A stretch of 64,000 bases of DNA, from positions 125,647 to 189,646 of the forward strand of contig CBDCYN010000013.1 in assembly GCA_965224205.1 (NCBI GenBank). Reading direction: 5' to 3'. The translations under genes and the position numbers were made by a program. Below, piece after piece: positions 41,578-51,476 of the stretch (positions within the stretch are counted from its first letter, which is position 1; the number at the start of each line of letters is the position of its first letter). The DNA is from Phycisphaeraceae bacterium (GTDB taxonomy: Bacteria > Planctomycetota > Phycisphaerae > Phycisphaerales > Phycisphaeraceae). Below the pieces are notes generated by a model. That model did no database searches. It was not told the origin of the DNA and worked only from the letters and a program-made list of their open reading frames with translations.

Positions 41578-41681
41578 AGCGTTGGTTGGTCCGTCCAATC
41601 GTCGCGTATTCTTGTGCTTCAGCTTGCTTCGCAACGCTAAGGATGCGCTAGGGGTGTATTAACCGTAAAGCTTTGGTAGTC

Positions 41682-41732
41682 CTGCGGCAGCCCGCAGCTA
41701 AGGATATCAGCGGGCCAGCCCCTTCTTACGCT
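41682..41732 (+). repeat. Interspersed intergenic repeat family B, copy 2 (shorter)
   Basis: CTGCGGCAGCCCGCAGCTAAGGATATCAGCGGGCCAGCCCCTTCTTACGC. An extra GCTAAGGAT motif lies at about 41637-41645. Confidence 0.5.
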
Positions 41733-41910
41733 TTCGGGACTATCAAAACTTTATGGTCTTTATGGTTTTTCAAGCCAGTGATTTGGCCTAACAAGGTTCA
41801 TCCAGCAAAAGGGTTAGGTTATTTTTCACGCGACAAGCGTTGAGGCGATGCCGTCTGTAAACCTACCTCGTCGGCGTCGCGTTGCCAGGGCGTACAGGCT
41901 TGGTTCCCCG

Positions 41911-42600
41911 TTAGCGCCGGTGGATCCTGATCCTTGTCGCCAGTAACATCCCCGCACCCAGCAGGGCTGCGCTGGCCGGTTCCGGGACTGCGCCGGGTGA
42001 AAACTCGGTCAGCACTCGGATGTAATCCCCAGGAGTGCTGGCGGTGAAATCCACCTCGATGGTACGGCTATCTAAGATCGTTACGGCGTCCTGGTTGGCT
42101 TCGAGGCCGCGCAGATTGGGGTTGAGGTAGTTAACCCCTGTGTTGATCAAAAAATCGCTGTCCCCGAGGGTGTCATCGCGGAACAGTACACCATAGATGT
42201 CGGAATCGAACGTCACGGTGCCTACGACAGATTCTGCCAAGTCTGGATCGAAGAAGATATAATGGCTGGCCACCGTGGAGTTGGCCGGGACCACGCCGGC
42301 GCCGTCGGGGCCCAGCAGGTCATCGACCATGATCTCCATAGTGACCAAGATGTTCTGCCCCTCGTCGAACGCGTAAAGGTTGTTGTCCTGGAACGTGTCG
42401 TTCCCGATCGAATTAGGGGTACCGAACGGATTATTCAGCGGCGGGGTGAGCTTCTGGAACATCCCGCCGTTAGCCAAAACACTGCCACCGGTAATCGCAC
42501 CGCCGGTGACGGTCGCCCAAGACGCGGGTGACGGTCCCAACAGGGCCGCGATGAGCGTGAAAGTAAATGTTACAGTGAGCTTCTTCATTGTGTTCATCAT
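41911..42600 (-). CDS. PEP-CTERM-anchored secreted protein
   Basis: Signal peptide MMNTMKKLTVTFTFTLIAALLGPSPASWA. C-terminus VPEPASAALLGAGMLLATRIRIHRR. The start is one of 42600, 42597 or 42588. Confidence 0.8.
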   Translation of the reverse strand: MMNTMKKLTVTFTFTLIAALLGPSPASWATVTGGAITGGSVLANGGMFQKLTPPLNNPFGTPNSIGNDTFQDNNLYAFDEGQNILVTMEIMVDDLLGPDGAGVVPANSTVASHYIFFDPDLAESVVGTVTFDSDIYGVLFRDDTLGDSDFLINTGVNYLNPNLRGLEANQDAVTILDSRTIEVDFTASTPGDYIRVLTEFSPGAVPEPASAALLGAGMLLATRIRIHRR

Positions 42601-43017
42601 CTGCTCCGGGTCCAATGACTGCAAAATTCCCACTCTAACCCCGTAACGGGCTGGAATCTGTGAATGGTGGCCTCTCGATGCGATCAGCAACACTTATCTT
42701 ATTTTCAGTGTCGTATCCCCGCACCGACCTCGTCATCTGCCACCGCACGCGGTAGTAGGCTGCGACACCCATCTTTAGAAATATTAGCTGCACTCGAACT
42801 CAAATCAACTTTTCTGATCGTGAAATCCTCCGGATGAAGACCACCACCGGTTGTGGACAAACGCTTGGAACCAAATTTGCGTACACCACCGGTAGTCGCG
42901 ACGATAGTGAAGTTGTTGAGCTGGGCTTAGGGTCCTGCACCGATAGTCCCGCCCGCGTCGACGGGTCAGAGGCGACAGTGCAAGGGGCATCCGAATCGAA
43001 CCGTTTGAGGGCTGTGC

Positions 43018-44172
43018 ATGTTCACACTCGCTGCTAGTGGTCAACGCGGACAGGGCTACATCACCAACCCGGGGATCGAATCGGCCAAGGAATGGGTCAA
43101 CGCCCTGAGCGTGCCGGAGATCAGCCTGCCGATCTTCACGCTCGGGTTCGTGGCGATGATGGTCTGGTACCGCAAGTGGACCAAACCCGCGATCGCGTTG
43201 CCGCTGGGGATCGTCTTCTGCGTGCTGTATTTCGGGGCGATGCTGATCGACTACGACTATCTCGAGATCATCCGCAAGGCCGATAACGTGCCGATCACCA
43301 TGATGCTATTGGGCACGGGGTTCTGCTTATGGGTCGCGTTCCGGCAGGCGGCGATCAACGACGAAAACGTCGAGGCGGGTAAACCGCTGATCGGGGCCGA
43401 TAAGGACGATAAGGTCCTCGTGTGGCCGGACCTGGTGTACACGGAGCTGATCTGCCTGGTGATCGGATCAGCCGTGCTGCTGCTGTGGTCGATCGCCTTG
43501 CCGGCACCGCTGGAAAGCCCCGCCAACCCCGCCGGCCCGCCCAACCCGTCGAAGGCGCCGTGGTACTTCCTGGGTCTCCAAGAGATGCTCGTGTACTTCG
43601 ACCCGTGGATGGCGGGGGTGATCCTTCCCGGGCTGATCGTTACCGGGCTGATCGCGATGCCCTATATGGACACGAACCCGAAGGGCAACGGGTACTACAC
43701 GGTCAAGCACCGGCCGTTCGCGCTGGGGGTGTGGCTGTTCGGGTTCCTGATCCTATGGGTGGTCTTGATCGTGTTCGGCACGTTCCTGCGTGGGCCCAAC
43801 TGGAACTTCTTCGGCCCGTTCGATTATTGGGACTCGCACCTACAGGTGCCGCTAACGAACGTGAACATGAGCGACTATTTCTGGAACGGCCAAGAGCTGC
43901 TGGGCTTTGGCCTCCACAAAGCGTTGCCGGATAACCCGTTCGTGCGCGAGCTGCCGGGGATCTTGTTCACGGTGGTTTGGATCTTCGTGCTGCCGGTGAT
44001 CCTGGCCAAGACGGTGATGCGGCGGATGTTCGAGTCGATGGGGTCGATCCGGTTCTACATCATGGCGTTCCACCTGGTGGTCATGGCGTTGCTGCCGGTG
44101 AAGATGGTCTTAAGATGGATCATGACGCTAAAGTACTTCGTGTACCTTCCGGAGTTCAATATGAACTTGTGA
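43018..44172 (+). CDS. Polytopic membrane protein with cytochrome b C-terminal / PetD (subunit IV)-like segment
   Basis: 384 aa. PSKAPWYFLGLQEMLVYFDPW resembles the PEWYFL region of cytochrome b C-terminal / b6f subunit IV. No haem-binding N-terminal cytochrome b part was seen. The start is uncertain. Confidence 0.5.
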   Translation: MFTLAASGQRGQGYITNPGIESAKEWVNALSVPEISLPIFTLGFVAMMVWYRKWTKPAIALPLGIVFCVLYFGAMLIDYDYLEIIRKADNVPITMMLLGTGFCLWVAFRQAAINDENVEAGKPLIGADKDDKVLVWPDLVYTELICLVIGSAVLLLWSIALPAPLESPANPAGPPNPSKAPWYFLGLQEMLVYFDPWMAGVILPGLIVTGLIAMPYMDTNPKGNGYYTVKHRPFALGVWLFGFLILWVVLIVFGTFLRGPNWNFFGPFDYWDSHLQVPLTNVNMSDYFWNGQELLGFGLHKALPDNPFVRELPGILFTVVWIFVLPVILAKTVMRRMFESMGSIRFYIMAFHLVVMALLPVKMVLRWIMTLKYFVYLPEFNMNL

Positions 44173-44234
44173 GGCGGGTCGTTTAGTAATCCATGGTTTA
44201 ACGGTCCATGCTGCGGACCAGCGAGAGGAAAAAG

Positions 44235-45011
44235 ATGAAAAAAGATTCATTGATGATCGGTGGGGTTGTTCTATTGGGCGCTATGGCTGCACCCACCTAT
44301 GGTCAAGACATCGGGATCGATGTGGTCACGATGTATGCCTCGAACGGCGCGGAGTTCATGGATGAGCAGCTAGAGATCGTGGACGCTGACGGCGACGTCG
44401 AAGAGCGGTCTACGCTTGGCTCCGTGAACGTCTTCACCGAGGTGACCAGCACGGGCCCGGCGTCCGCCACGGCGGCGGCTGAAGGGTCGATTGATTACGC
44501 GCCTTTGGCTGAGGATTTCATGATCCGGTTAGATGACTCGGTCCAGATCGATACACAGCAGGCTCAGCCACCGGTGAAAGGGTTTTCATTCAATGAAGTG
44601 GTGATCGATGTGATCTTCCACCTCGACGCGCCACATACATTTGACATCGAAGGGATGTACGAGGCTATCGCGACGTCGGGCGACGATACCCTTGTACACG
44701 CATTGATCAACATTGGGTTGTGGAATGCCGACACCTCTGAAAACTTGTTCGTTTTCAATCTGGAGGCCGCTGCCGATGGCTCGGCGACGTCAATCCCGCT
44801 ATCGGGTAGCGGGTTGTTGGATGCGGGGATCTACGAGCTGTCGATTTATCTTGAATCCTCAGCTTCAGTGGTTGGCTTCACCCCCGATTTTGCGTCGGCG
44901 TCACAGGTATTGGACATGACGATTGATATCGACATTATCCCAGAACCCGGTTCAGCGGCGGTACTGAGTGGCGTTCTAGGCATGATGGGCTTGATCAGAC
45001 GGCGGGCTTGA
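44235..45011 (+). CDS. PEP-CTERM-anchored secreted protein
   Basis: ATG at 44235 with a GAGAGGA SD. Signal peptide MKKDSLMIGGVVLLGAMAAPTYG. C-terminus IPEPGSAAVLSGVLGMMGLIRRRA. Confidence 0.8.
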   Translation: MKKDSLMIGGVVLLGAMAAPTYGQDIGIDVVTMYASNGAEFMDEQLEIVDADGDVEERSTLGSVNVFTEVTSTGPASATAAAEGSIDYAPLAEDFMIRLDDSVQIDTQQAQPPVKGFSFNEVVIDVIFHLDAPHTFDIEGMYEAIATSGDDTLVHALINIGLWNADTSENLFVFNLEAAADGSATSIPLSGSGLLDAGIYELSIYLESSASVVGFTPDFASASQVLDMTIDIDIIPEPGSAAVLSGVLGMMGLIRRRA

Positions 45012-45374
45012 GCGTTGGCTGAGTTCAACAACGCCTCGCGGCGATCTATGGACGCCGCTATACGCACCGCGTATAAGTCTATCGCGTCGGGCGTGACGAA
45101 AGCTATTGATACACGTGCTCTCGCGTGGTTAGGTAGCCGACCAAGATATAAACGGGTTTTGGACGGACGCGAACAAGGCAAGCTCGACGATCGATCCGGA
45201 ACCCTGGGACGAAACATCTACGACATGCCGGCGGGCAGGGGCTGTGTTTCATGAAAGCCGATCAACCCGAAGGGTGATTGGGAGCGACGGGCCGATGACG
45301 GCCTGCTGTTTCTGGGAAAGTGTCGATCCCCCTGTCGCGTAGCAAAAAACACAACGCGGGATACACTGATCACG

Positions 45375-46871
45375 ATGAGTCCCCGTGATGGAAACGCGCA
45401 ATCCCGTTCCACCCCGGACAACGCGCCGCTGCGCAAGCCCTGGGAGCACGCCAAATCCGGTCAGGGCAGTGGGGCGGACCCGTTGGCGACACGTTTTGTC
45501 GAGTCCCTCAGCTACGACCGCCGGTTGTACAAGCACGACATCGCCGGTTCGCTGGCCCATGCGCGCATGCTCGCAGAGGTCGGGTTGATCACGGCTGATG
45601 AACTCGATCAGATCGAGAAGGGCCTTAACGAGATCCGAGCCGAGATCGAGGCTTCATTGGAGAACCCCCACGGCCCGCCCTGGCCGGGGTGGGACCCTCA
45701 GCTTGAAGACGTGCACATGTGCATCGAAGCGGCGCTGATCCAAAAAACCGGCGACGCGGGTCGGAAGCTGCACACCGGGCGAAGCCGCAACGATCAGGTG
45801 ATGGTCGACCTCCAGCTGTGGATCCAAGAATCGGTCCAGGTGTTGGATCAGCGTTTTGACAGCCTGTTCCGTGCTTTCGTCGCTTTAGCGAAGCGTGACG
45901 GGCAGATCGTCATGCCCGGGTATACGCATCTTCAGCGGGCCCAGCCGATCCTCGTCGGCGCCGAGCTGGTGGCGTGGATGACCGCGTTGGACCGGTCGCG
46001 GGGCCGGTTCGAAGCCCTGCGTCGCGTTAACCTCTATAACCCGTTGGGATCGGGCGCGATCGCGGGCAGCAGCCTGCCACTGGACCGCCAACACACCGCT
46101 GATGCCTTGGGCGTCGGCCCGCCTTCACCCAGCAGCATCGACGCGACCGCATCGCGAGACGCAGCGATCGACTTCGTGTACGCCTTAGCGATGACCGCGA
46201 TGACCCTGTCGCGATGGGCTGAGCAATGGATCCTCTACGCTTCGACTGAATTCGGCTTCATCAGCCTCGATGAACGGTACACGACCGGGTCGTCAATGAT
46301 GCCTCAGAAGGCCAACCCGGATATGCTCGAGCTGATCCGTGGCCGATGCGGCGGGGTTTACGGCCACCTCATCGCCCTGCTGACTCTCTGTAAAGGTTTA
46401 GCGATCGGCTATCACCGCGATCTCCAGGAAGATAAACGACATACGTTCGCGGCTTACGACTGTGTGTTAGATTGTCTTGAGATTTCTGCACGGATTGTCG
46501 AGACAACTGGGTTTAACCAGGGTAAGATAGAGAGTGGATTGGATCAGGGATTCCTAGACGCTACGAGCCTGGCCGAGTATTTCGTCGATCAAGGTGTCCC
46601 GTTCCGCACGGCTCATCAAGTCGTGGGTTCGTGTGTGGGGCGGTGTAAGACACGAGGTATGGATCGATTATCTCGATTAGAGCTTGAAGAGTTTCGACAA
46701 TCGTGCGTGGAAAGTGGGATTGAGGCTGATTTTCTTAGCTCGCGGTTATACGATTACTTAGGCCCACAAGGCGTGGTGCAACGCTATGCCACCTCGGGCA
46801 ACGCGGGTCAAGCTGGTTTTGACCAGCAGCTAAGGATGTGGGAGCAAAGGCTCAATCCGGGGTCGCCTTAA
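45375..46871 (+). CDS. argH: Argininosuccinate lyase
   Basis: 498 aa. Contains TGRSRNDQV and the fumarate-lyase signature GSSMMPQKANPD. Confidence 0.9.
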   Translation: MSPRDGNAQSRSTPDNAPLRKPWEHAKSGQGSGADPLATRFVESLSYDRRLYKHDIAGSLAHARMLAEVGLITADELDQIEKGLNEIRAEIEASLENPHGPPWPGWDPQLEDVHMCIEAALIQKTGDAGRKLHTGRSRNDQVMVDLQLWIQESVQVLDQRFDSLFRAFVALAKRDGQIVMPGYTHLQRAQPILVGAELVAWMTALDRSRGRFEALRRVNLYNPLGSGAIAGSSLPLDRQHTADALGVGPPSPSSIDATASRDAAIDFVYALAMTAMTLSRWAEQWILYASTEFGFISLDERYTTGSSMMPQKANPDMLELIRGRCGGVYGHLIALLTLCKGLAIGYHRDLQEDKRHTFAAYDCVLDCLEISARIVETTGFNQGKIESGLDQGFLDATSLAEYFVDQGVPFRTAHQVVGSCVGRCKTRGMDRLSRLELEEFRQSCVESGIEADFLSSRLYDYLGPQGVVQRYATSGNAGQAGFDQQLRMWEQRLNPGSP

Positions 46872-46898
46872 CAAGATTGCCCCGCCACGCCCCCAAGG

Positions 46899-48653
46899 AT
46901 GTGGGCTGACCCGTTGGGGGAGCTGCCGCCTCACGATGATTGCCCCGGCGGCCCGAATGGAGAGCTAGATGTGCTGATTCTTACCGTGCTCCAAGGCCCG
47001 GACAAGGGCAAACGTTTTGAACTACCCGATCATGAGCCGCAACAGATCGGCCGGTCTAGCGAGGCCCTGCCCCTGCTCGACCAGACGATCTCGCGTCGCC
47101 ACGCCGAGCTGACCCCCGACGACGGCAAGTGGTACATCCGGGACCTTGAAAGCTCCAACGGGACGTTCGTGAACGGGCTGCGCGTCACCAAACCACGGAT
47201 ACTCCAGCCCGGCGATCAGATCCGCACCGGCTCGACCCTCATCGCCTACGGGCACGTCCCGATCCCGCTACGCAAGCGCGGCGTGCGTGTCGGTCGCGAG
47301 GACGAGATCGACGCCCATATCGAAGCCGCGGTCATCAGCAACGATGACTCGATGATCCTCGCCGTCCCCGAGCCCAGCGAGGCCGCGATGGTCCAGCTGA
47401 GGGTGATCTACGAGCTGACCCAGCTCATCGGCTCGATCGACGACCGACAGATCCTCCTCGAGCGGGTCATGGACGTTGTCTTCGAATACTTCAAGCCCGA
47501 CCGCGGGTTTATCCTGCTCCAGGAAACCCCCCAGGACCGCCCAGAACCGGTGGTGATCCGCCACTCCAACGCCCCGGTCGGCAAGAAGCGCAGCTGGATT
47601 ACCGTTAGCCGCACCATCGTCCGTCACGTCATGGAGCACGGTCAGGGGATCCTCTCGAGCAACGCCATGACCGACAAACGGTTCGCCGGCGGCGACAGCG
47701 TCAAGCAGCTGGGGATCCGCTCGGCGATGTGCGTGCCGATCAAGTTCAAAGACCGCTTGTTTGGCGTAATCCACGTGGACTCGAAGGTCGCCAACTACAC
47801 GTACACCGAGGACCAGCTGCGGCTGCTGACCGCGATCGGGGTCCAGACCGGCCTGGCATTGGCCAACGCCGACCACTACGCCGAGCGGATCCAGCACGAG
47901 AAACTGGCGGCGATCGGGCAGACCGTCGCGTCGCTGTCGCACTCGATTAAGAACATCCTCCAGGGCCTGCGCGGCGGCGCGGACGTGGTCGAGCTAGGGC
48001 TACGCAAGCAGAACCTCAAGGTCATCGCCAGCGGCTGGGAGATCGCCACGCGCAACCTCGAGAGAATCTTCGGGCTGACCATGAACATGCTTACGTATTC
48101 GAAGCAGCGCAGCCCGGAGCTGGAGCGTGTGAGCGTCCCGAAGCTGCTCGACGAGATCGTTTCCCTCGTCGAGCACCAGTACGACGCCAAGAACGTGGCC
48201 CTGCTGGTCGATGTCGACCGCGACATGCCGATGGTCCCGCTCGATCCTGCGGGGATCCACCAGGCGGTATTGAACTTGCTCAACAACGCCCTCGACGCGG
48301 TCGAGCCCGAGTCCGGCGTGGTCACGCTACGCTGCGAATTCGAAGACGAGTCACGGCTGATGCGGATCGTCATCAGCGACAATGGGGTGGGGATCTCCGC
48401 CGAGTCGACCAAGCGGCTGTTCCAGCCGTTCCACTCCACCAAGGGCCTACGCGGTACCGGCCTGGGGTTGGTCGTCACGAAGAAGGTGGTCGAGGAACAC
48501 GGCGGGTGGATCACCGTCGATACCGCGCCGCAGAAAGGGGCTTCGTTCACGCTATCCCTGCCGCTGCCCAAGCCCCAGGCCGAGACCCGTCCGATCCAGC
48601 TGCCCGAAGCCGACAACGCCGCGGCCAACCCCTCTTACGGCGAGATGAGTTAA
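46899..48653 (+). CDS. FHA domain - GAF domain - histidine kinase
   Basis: N-terminal FHA (IGRSSEA...ISRRHAEL...DLESSNGTFVNG). Central GAF-like region. HisKA H-box SLSHSIKNIL. HATPase N/G boxes NLLNNALDA and DNGVGI, GTGLGL. Confidence 0.85.
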   Translation: MWADPLGELPPHDDCPGGPNGELDVLILTVLQGPDKGKRFELPDHEPQQIGRSSEALPLLDQTISRRHAELTPDDGKWYIRDLESSNGTFVNGLRVTKPRILQPGDQIRTGSTLIAYGHVPIPLRKRGVRVGREDEIDAHIEAAVISNDDSMILAVPEPSEAAMVQLRVIYELTQLIGSIDDRQILLERVMDVVFEYFKPDRGFILLQETPQDRPEPVVIRHSNAPVGKKRSWITVSRTIVRHVMEHGQGILSSNAMTDKRFAGGDSVKQLGIRSAMCVPIKFKDRLFGVIHVDSKVANYTYTEDQLRLLTAIGVQTGLALANADHYAERIQHEKLAAIGQTVASLSHSIKNILQGLRGGADVVELGLRKQNLKVIASGWEIATRNLERIFGLTMNMLTYSKQRSPELERVSVPKLLDEIVSLVEHQYDAKNVALLVDVDRDMPMVPLDPAGIHQAVLNLLNNALDAVEPESGVVTLRCEFEDESRLMRIVISDNGVGISAESTKRLFQPFHSTKGLRGTGLGLVVTKKVVEEHGGWITVDTAPQKGASFTLSLPLPKPQAETRPIQLPEADNAAANPSYGEMS

Positions 48654-48693
48654 GGCCTCATCTGTTGCAGTAATCCGGTATAGTCGTGATACC

Positions 48694-49335
48694 ATGACGA
48701 TCAGGGAATGGTTCTGGGCGGTCGTGGCGGCGGTGTATCTGCTGGTGGCCAGCGTGGTGTCGCTGAGCGTGGTCCTATCATCGTTTCCGACATCCCATCA
48801 TGTGCTAGAACCGGTGACGGTGAATCAAGATCAACACGACGATCCGGGTCACGGTGATGCAGTTGAGACTTACGGTGTAGGGGACGCCGGTCTCATGAAC
48901 CGGCCGGTGGTCGTCGACGTGGCGGTGGAGTTTCAGTCGGTGTGGATCCTGGGCTGGACGCTGAGTAAACCCAGGCCGGCGGTAGGGATGCTGATCTTGG
49001 CATTAGCCGCCGGGACGATCGGGGCTGTGGTGCACGCGTTTCAATCGTTGGCCACTTTTGTGGGCAGCCGGCGGTTCCTGGCCAGCTGGACCCTGTGGTA
49101 CTTTGTCCGTCCCCCGATCGGGGCTCTGCTGGGATTGCTGTTTTATTTCGTGCTCCGTGCGGGGCTGGTGATGAACGACAGCGGGTCGACCAGCCCTTAT
49201 GGCGTTGTGGCGATCGCCGCGTTGGGCGGGTTGTTTTCCAAGAAGGCGCTGGACAAGCTGCACGAGGTCTTCAATGTCCTGTTCCAAACCAAAGAGCCGT
49301 CCCGAGAGACCGATCCGTTGATGGGCGAGGGCTGA
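48694..49335 (+). CDS. Hypothetical multi-pass membrane protein
   Basis: 213 aa with about 4 hydrophobic segments. Lies 40 nt downstream of the kinase gene. No family recognised. Confidence 0.55.
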   Translation: MTIREWFWAVVAAVYLLVASVVSLSVVLSSFPTSHHVLEPVTVNQDQHDDPGHGDAVETYGVGDAGLMNRPVVVDVAVEFQSVWILGWTLSKPRPAVGMLILALAAGTIGAVVHAFQSLATFVGSRRFLASWTLWYFVRPPIGALLGLLFYFVLRAGLVMNDSGSTSPYGVVAIAALGGLFSKKALDKLHEVFNVLFQTKEPSRETDPLMGEG

Positions 49336-49490
49336 GGTTCCCCGCAGAAAGCGGACCGTCGGAGGGCTGCCTGTCGCGTCATGCACCCTTTTGGACGACA
49401 CCCCCACGGCGTGTTTGACATCTGATCCGAAACGGTTAGATTGTCAGGCTTCTTTGTAGGAAATGGTATTGAGTATCGACTACGACGCCG

Positions 49491-49925
49491 ATGAATCGTC
49501 AAACCTATATCGCTAAGAACCGTGAGGTAGATCAGAGCTGGCTGGCGGTCGACGCGAGCGACCAGGTCCTCGGTCACCTAGCTAGCAAGCTGGCAGTGGT
49601 GCTGATGGGCAAGAACAAGCCGCAGTACACCCCTCACCACGATGTGGGTGACTACGTGGTGGTGACCAATGCTCAGAAGATTAAGCTCACCGGCAACAAG
49701 CTAGACCAGAAGTTCCATCAGACCTACAGCGGCCATCCCGGGGGCCGCAAGCAGTATAGCTACCGGTGGATGCTCGAAAACAAGCCCGAGCAGCTGCTCG
49801 AGCACGCCGTGCGACGGATGCTGCCTAAGAACCGGCTGGCCCGGAAAATGCTAGGAAAGCTTAAAATCTATCGCGGTGACCAGCACCCCCACCAGGCCCA
49901 AAAGCCCCAGCCGGTGACCTTGTAA
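49491..49925 (+). CDS. rplM: 50S ribosomal protein uL13
   Basis: 144 aa containing WLAVDASDQVLGHLASKLAVVLMGKNKPQYTPHHDVGDYVVVTNA. Confidence 0.95.
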   Translation: MNRQTYIAKNREVDQSWLAVDASDQVLGHLASKLAVVLMGKNKPQYTPHHDVGDYVVVTNAQKIKLTGNKLDQKFHQTYSGHPGGRKQYSYRWMLENKPEQLLEHAVRRMLPKNRLARKMLGKLKIYRGDQHPHQAQKPQPVTL

Positions 49926-49972
49926 TCCAAGCCCCTTGCCGGCCCCTAACCCTTAAACCGGGATGACTCGAG

Positions 49973-50548
49973 ATGGGTGAAGAACAACACACCAACGAAA
50001 ACGTCCAGCCGGCAGACCAACCTGACGCGGCCTCAAGCGGTCAAGAGATACCGGAAACACCTAAGCCGGTGAGCATCGATCTAGGCTCATCACCCACGAC
50101 CGCGACCCCCTCGGCCGCCTCGGAGTCCCAACCGGCCCCTAAACCCGCCAAGCCCACCGCGGGCAATTACCACTGGGGCACCGGCAGACGCAAGACCGCC
50201 GTGGCCCGCGTGCGGATCCGGCCAGGGGACGGGAAATTCCTCGTCAACGGCAGGCCGGCGGATCAATACTTCACCGAGATCCGCGACCATGAAGATATCA
50301 ACGCCCCGCTGAGGCAGACCAAAACCGAAGGCAGCCTTGATGTCTTCGTCAACGTCCGGGGGGGCGGGTTCCACGGCCAGGCAGGGGCGGTGCTGCTGGG
50401 CCTAAGCCGGGCATTGAAGAACTACGACCCGACCCTTGAGCCGATCCTCCGCGACCACGATTTCCTCACACGTGACCCCCGTGAGGTGGAACGCAAGAAG
50501 TATGGCCAGCGCGGGGCCCGTCGTCGGTTCCAGTTCTCGAAGCGGTAA
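49973..50548 (+). CDS. rpsI: 30S ribosomal protein uS9 with about 60-aa low-complexity N-terminal extension
   Basis: The core starts at YHWGTGRRKTAVARVRIRPG and ends ARRRFQFSKR. The N-terminal region is P/A/S/T/E-rich. Confidence 0.9.
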   Translation: MGEEQHTNENVQPADQPDAASSGQEIPETPKPVSIDLGSSPTTATPSAASESQPAPKPAKPTAGNYHWGTGRRKTAVARVRIRPGDGKFLVNGRPADQYFTEIRDHEDINAPLRQTKTEGSLDVFVNVRGGGFHGQAGAVLLGLSRALKNYDPTLEPILRDHDFLTRDPREVERKKYGQRGARRRFQFSKR

Positions 50549-50780
50549 CCCCTCAAACCGAAGACCCGTACGTTTGCGTTACTTTCCGAAGCCTATCAGA
50601 GTCGAGGCATTGGCTGGGTGGCTAGCGTGCGCCCGGCGTATCCAAACATCGTGTCGGTATTAGTTTTAACCACGAGTGCGTTCCGTGTCTCGTCGCAGGG
50701 TGCCTTTGTTAAGGACCCGGTTGCGGTCGTGTGCGGCTGGCTTCGAAACGCCACGGATGAGTTATACGCACCGCGTCGCT

Positions 50781-51347
50781 TTACCCCAGCAGGTGCGTCA
50801 TCGGTTTGGCCAACGCGGCGAACCGGGCCGCAGGGATATCGACGGTTTGCCAGCTGCGGCTACGCGGTTTGATGTGGGTTTGGTAGTCGGACACGGTGAC
50901 CACCACCAACGTGTACCAGCGATTGACCGATTGAAACATCTCGTGACCCGGCGTGCGGTTTGACCCGGCCTGGCACCAGTAAACAAACGCGAACGCGGCG
51001 CGGAACCCCGCCCCGAACAGCCGCTCCCACCGCAGCAGGCTCTCGATATCGGCGCGTGTGACCCAGTTATCGAAATAGCCTGCTCGTTTGCCGTTGCGGG
51101 CCGGGCCACAGCCCCCGAGCTTACGGCCCTTGACCTCGACGAGCAGGTTATCGTTGTGCCGGCTATAGACGACGAAATCAAAACTTTTTAATTTGATGGG
51201 CCCCGAAACGAACGATGGGGCGGGCCCTGACCCGGGGTCGTTCTTGACGATCGCCCGCTTGGCTTCGTCGACAGCGATGTACGGGATCTGCCTGCGACGC
51301 AGGTAACGCTCGAACGCTGCATCGTAATGGAAACGCCTCAGCGCCAT
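50781..51347 (-). CDS. HYExAFE-family protein (nuclease-fold-like, function unknown)
   Basis: ATG at 51347 gives MALRRFHYDAAFERYLRRRQIPYIAVDEAKR, which matches the HYExAFE signature. The longer ORF runs to 51395. Confidence 0.65.
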   Translation of the reverse strand: MALRRFHYDAAFERYLRRRQIPYIAVDEAKRAIVKNDPGSGPAPSFVSGPIKLKSFDFVVYSRHNDNLLVEVKGRKLGGCGPARNGKRAGYFDNWVTRADIESLLRWERLFGAGFRAAFAFVYWCQAGSNRTPGHEMFQSVNRWYTLVVVTVSDYQTHIKPRSRSWQTVDIPAARFAALAKPMTHLLG

Positions 51348-51476
51348 GCCCACCCACCCAAGACACAGCGGCGGGCACCGGCGACGCTGACACATATGGG
51401 AGGGTCTACGACGAGGTCAGGTATCATGAAACTCCCCTTTACTTTAGCGTCAACACACTCGCCACAAGGCCATGAC

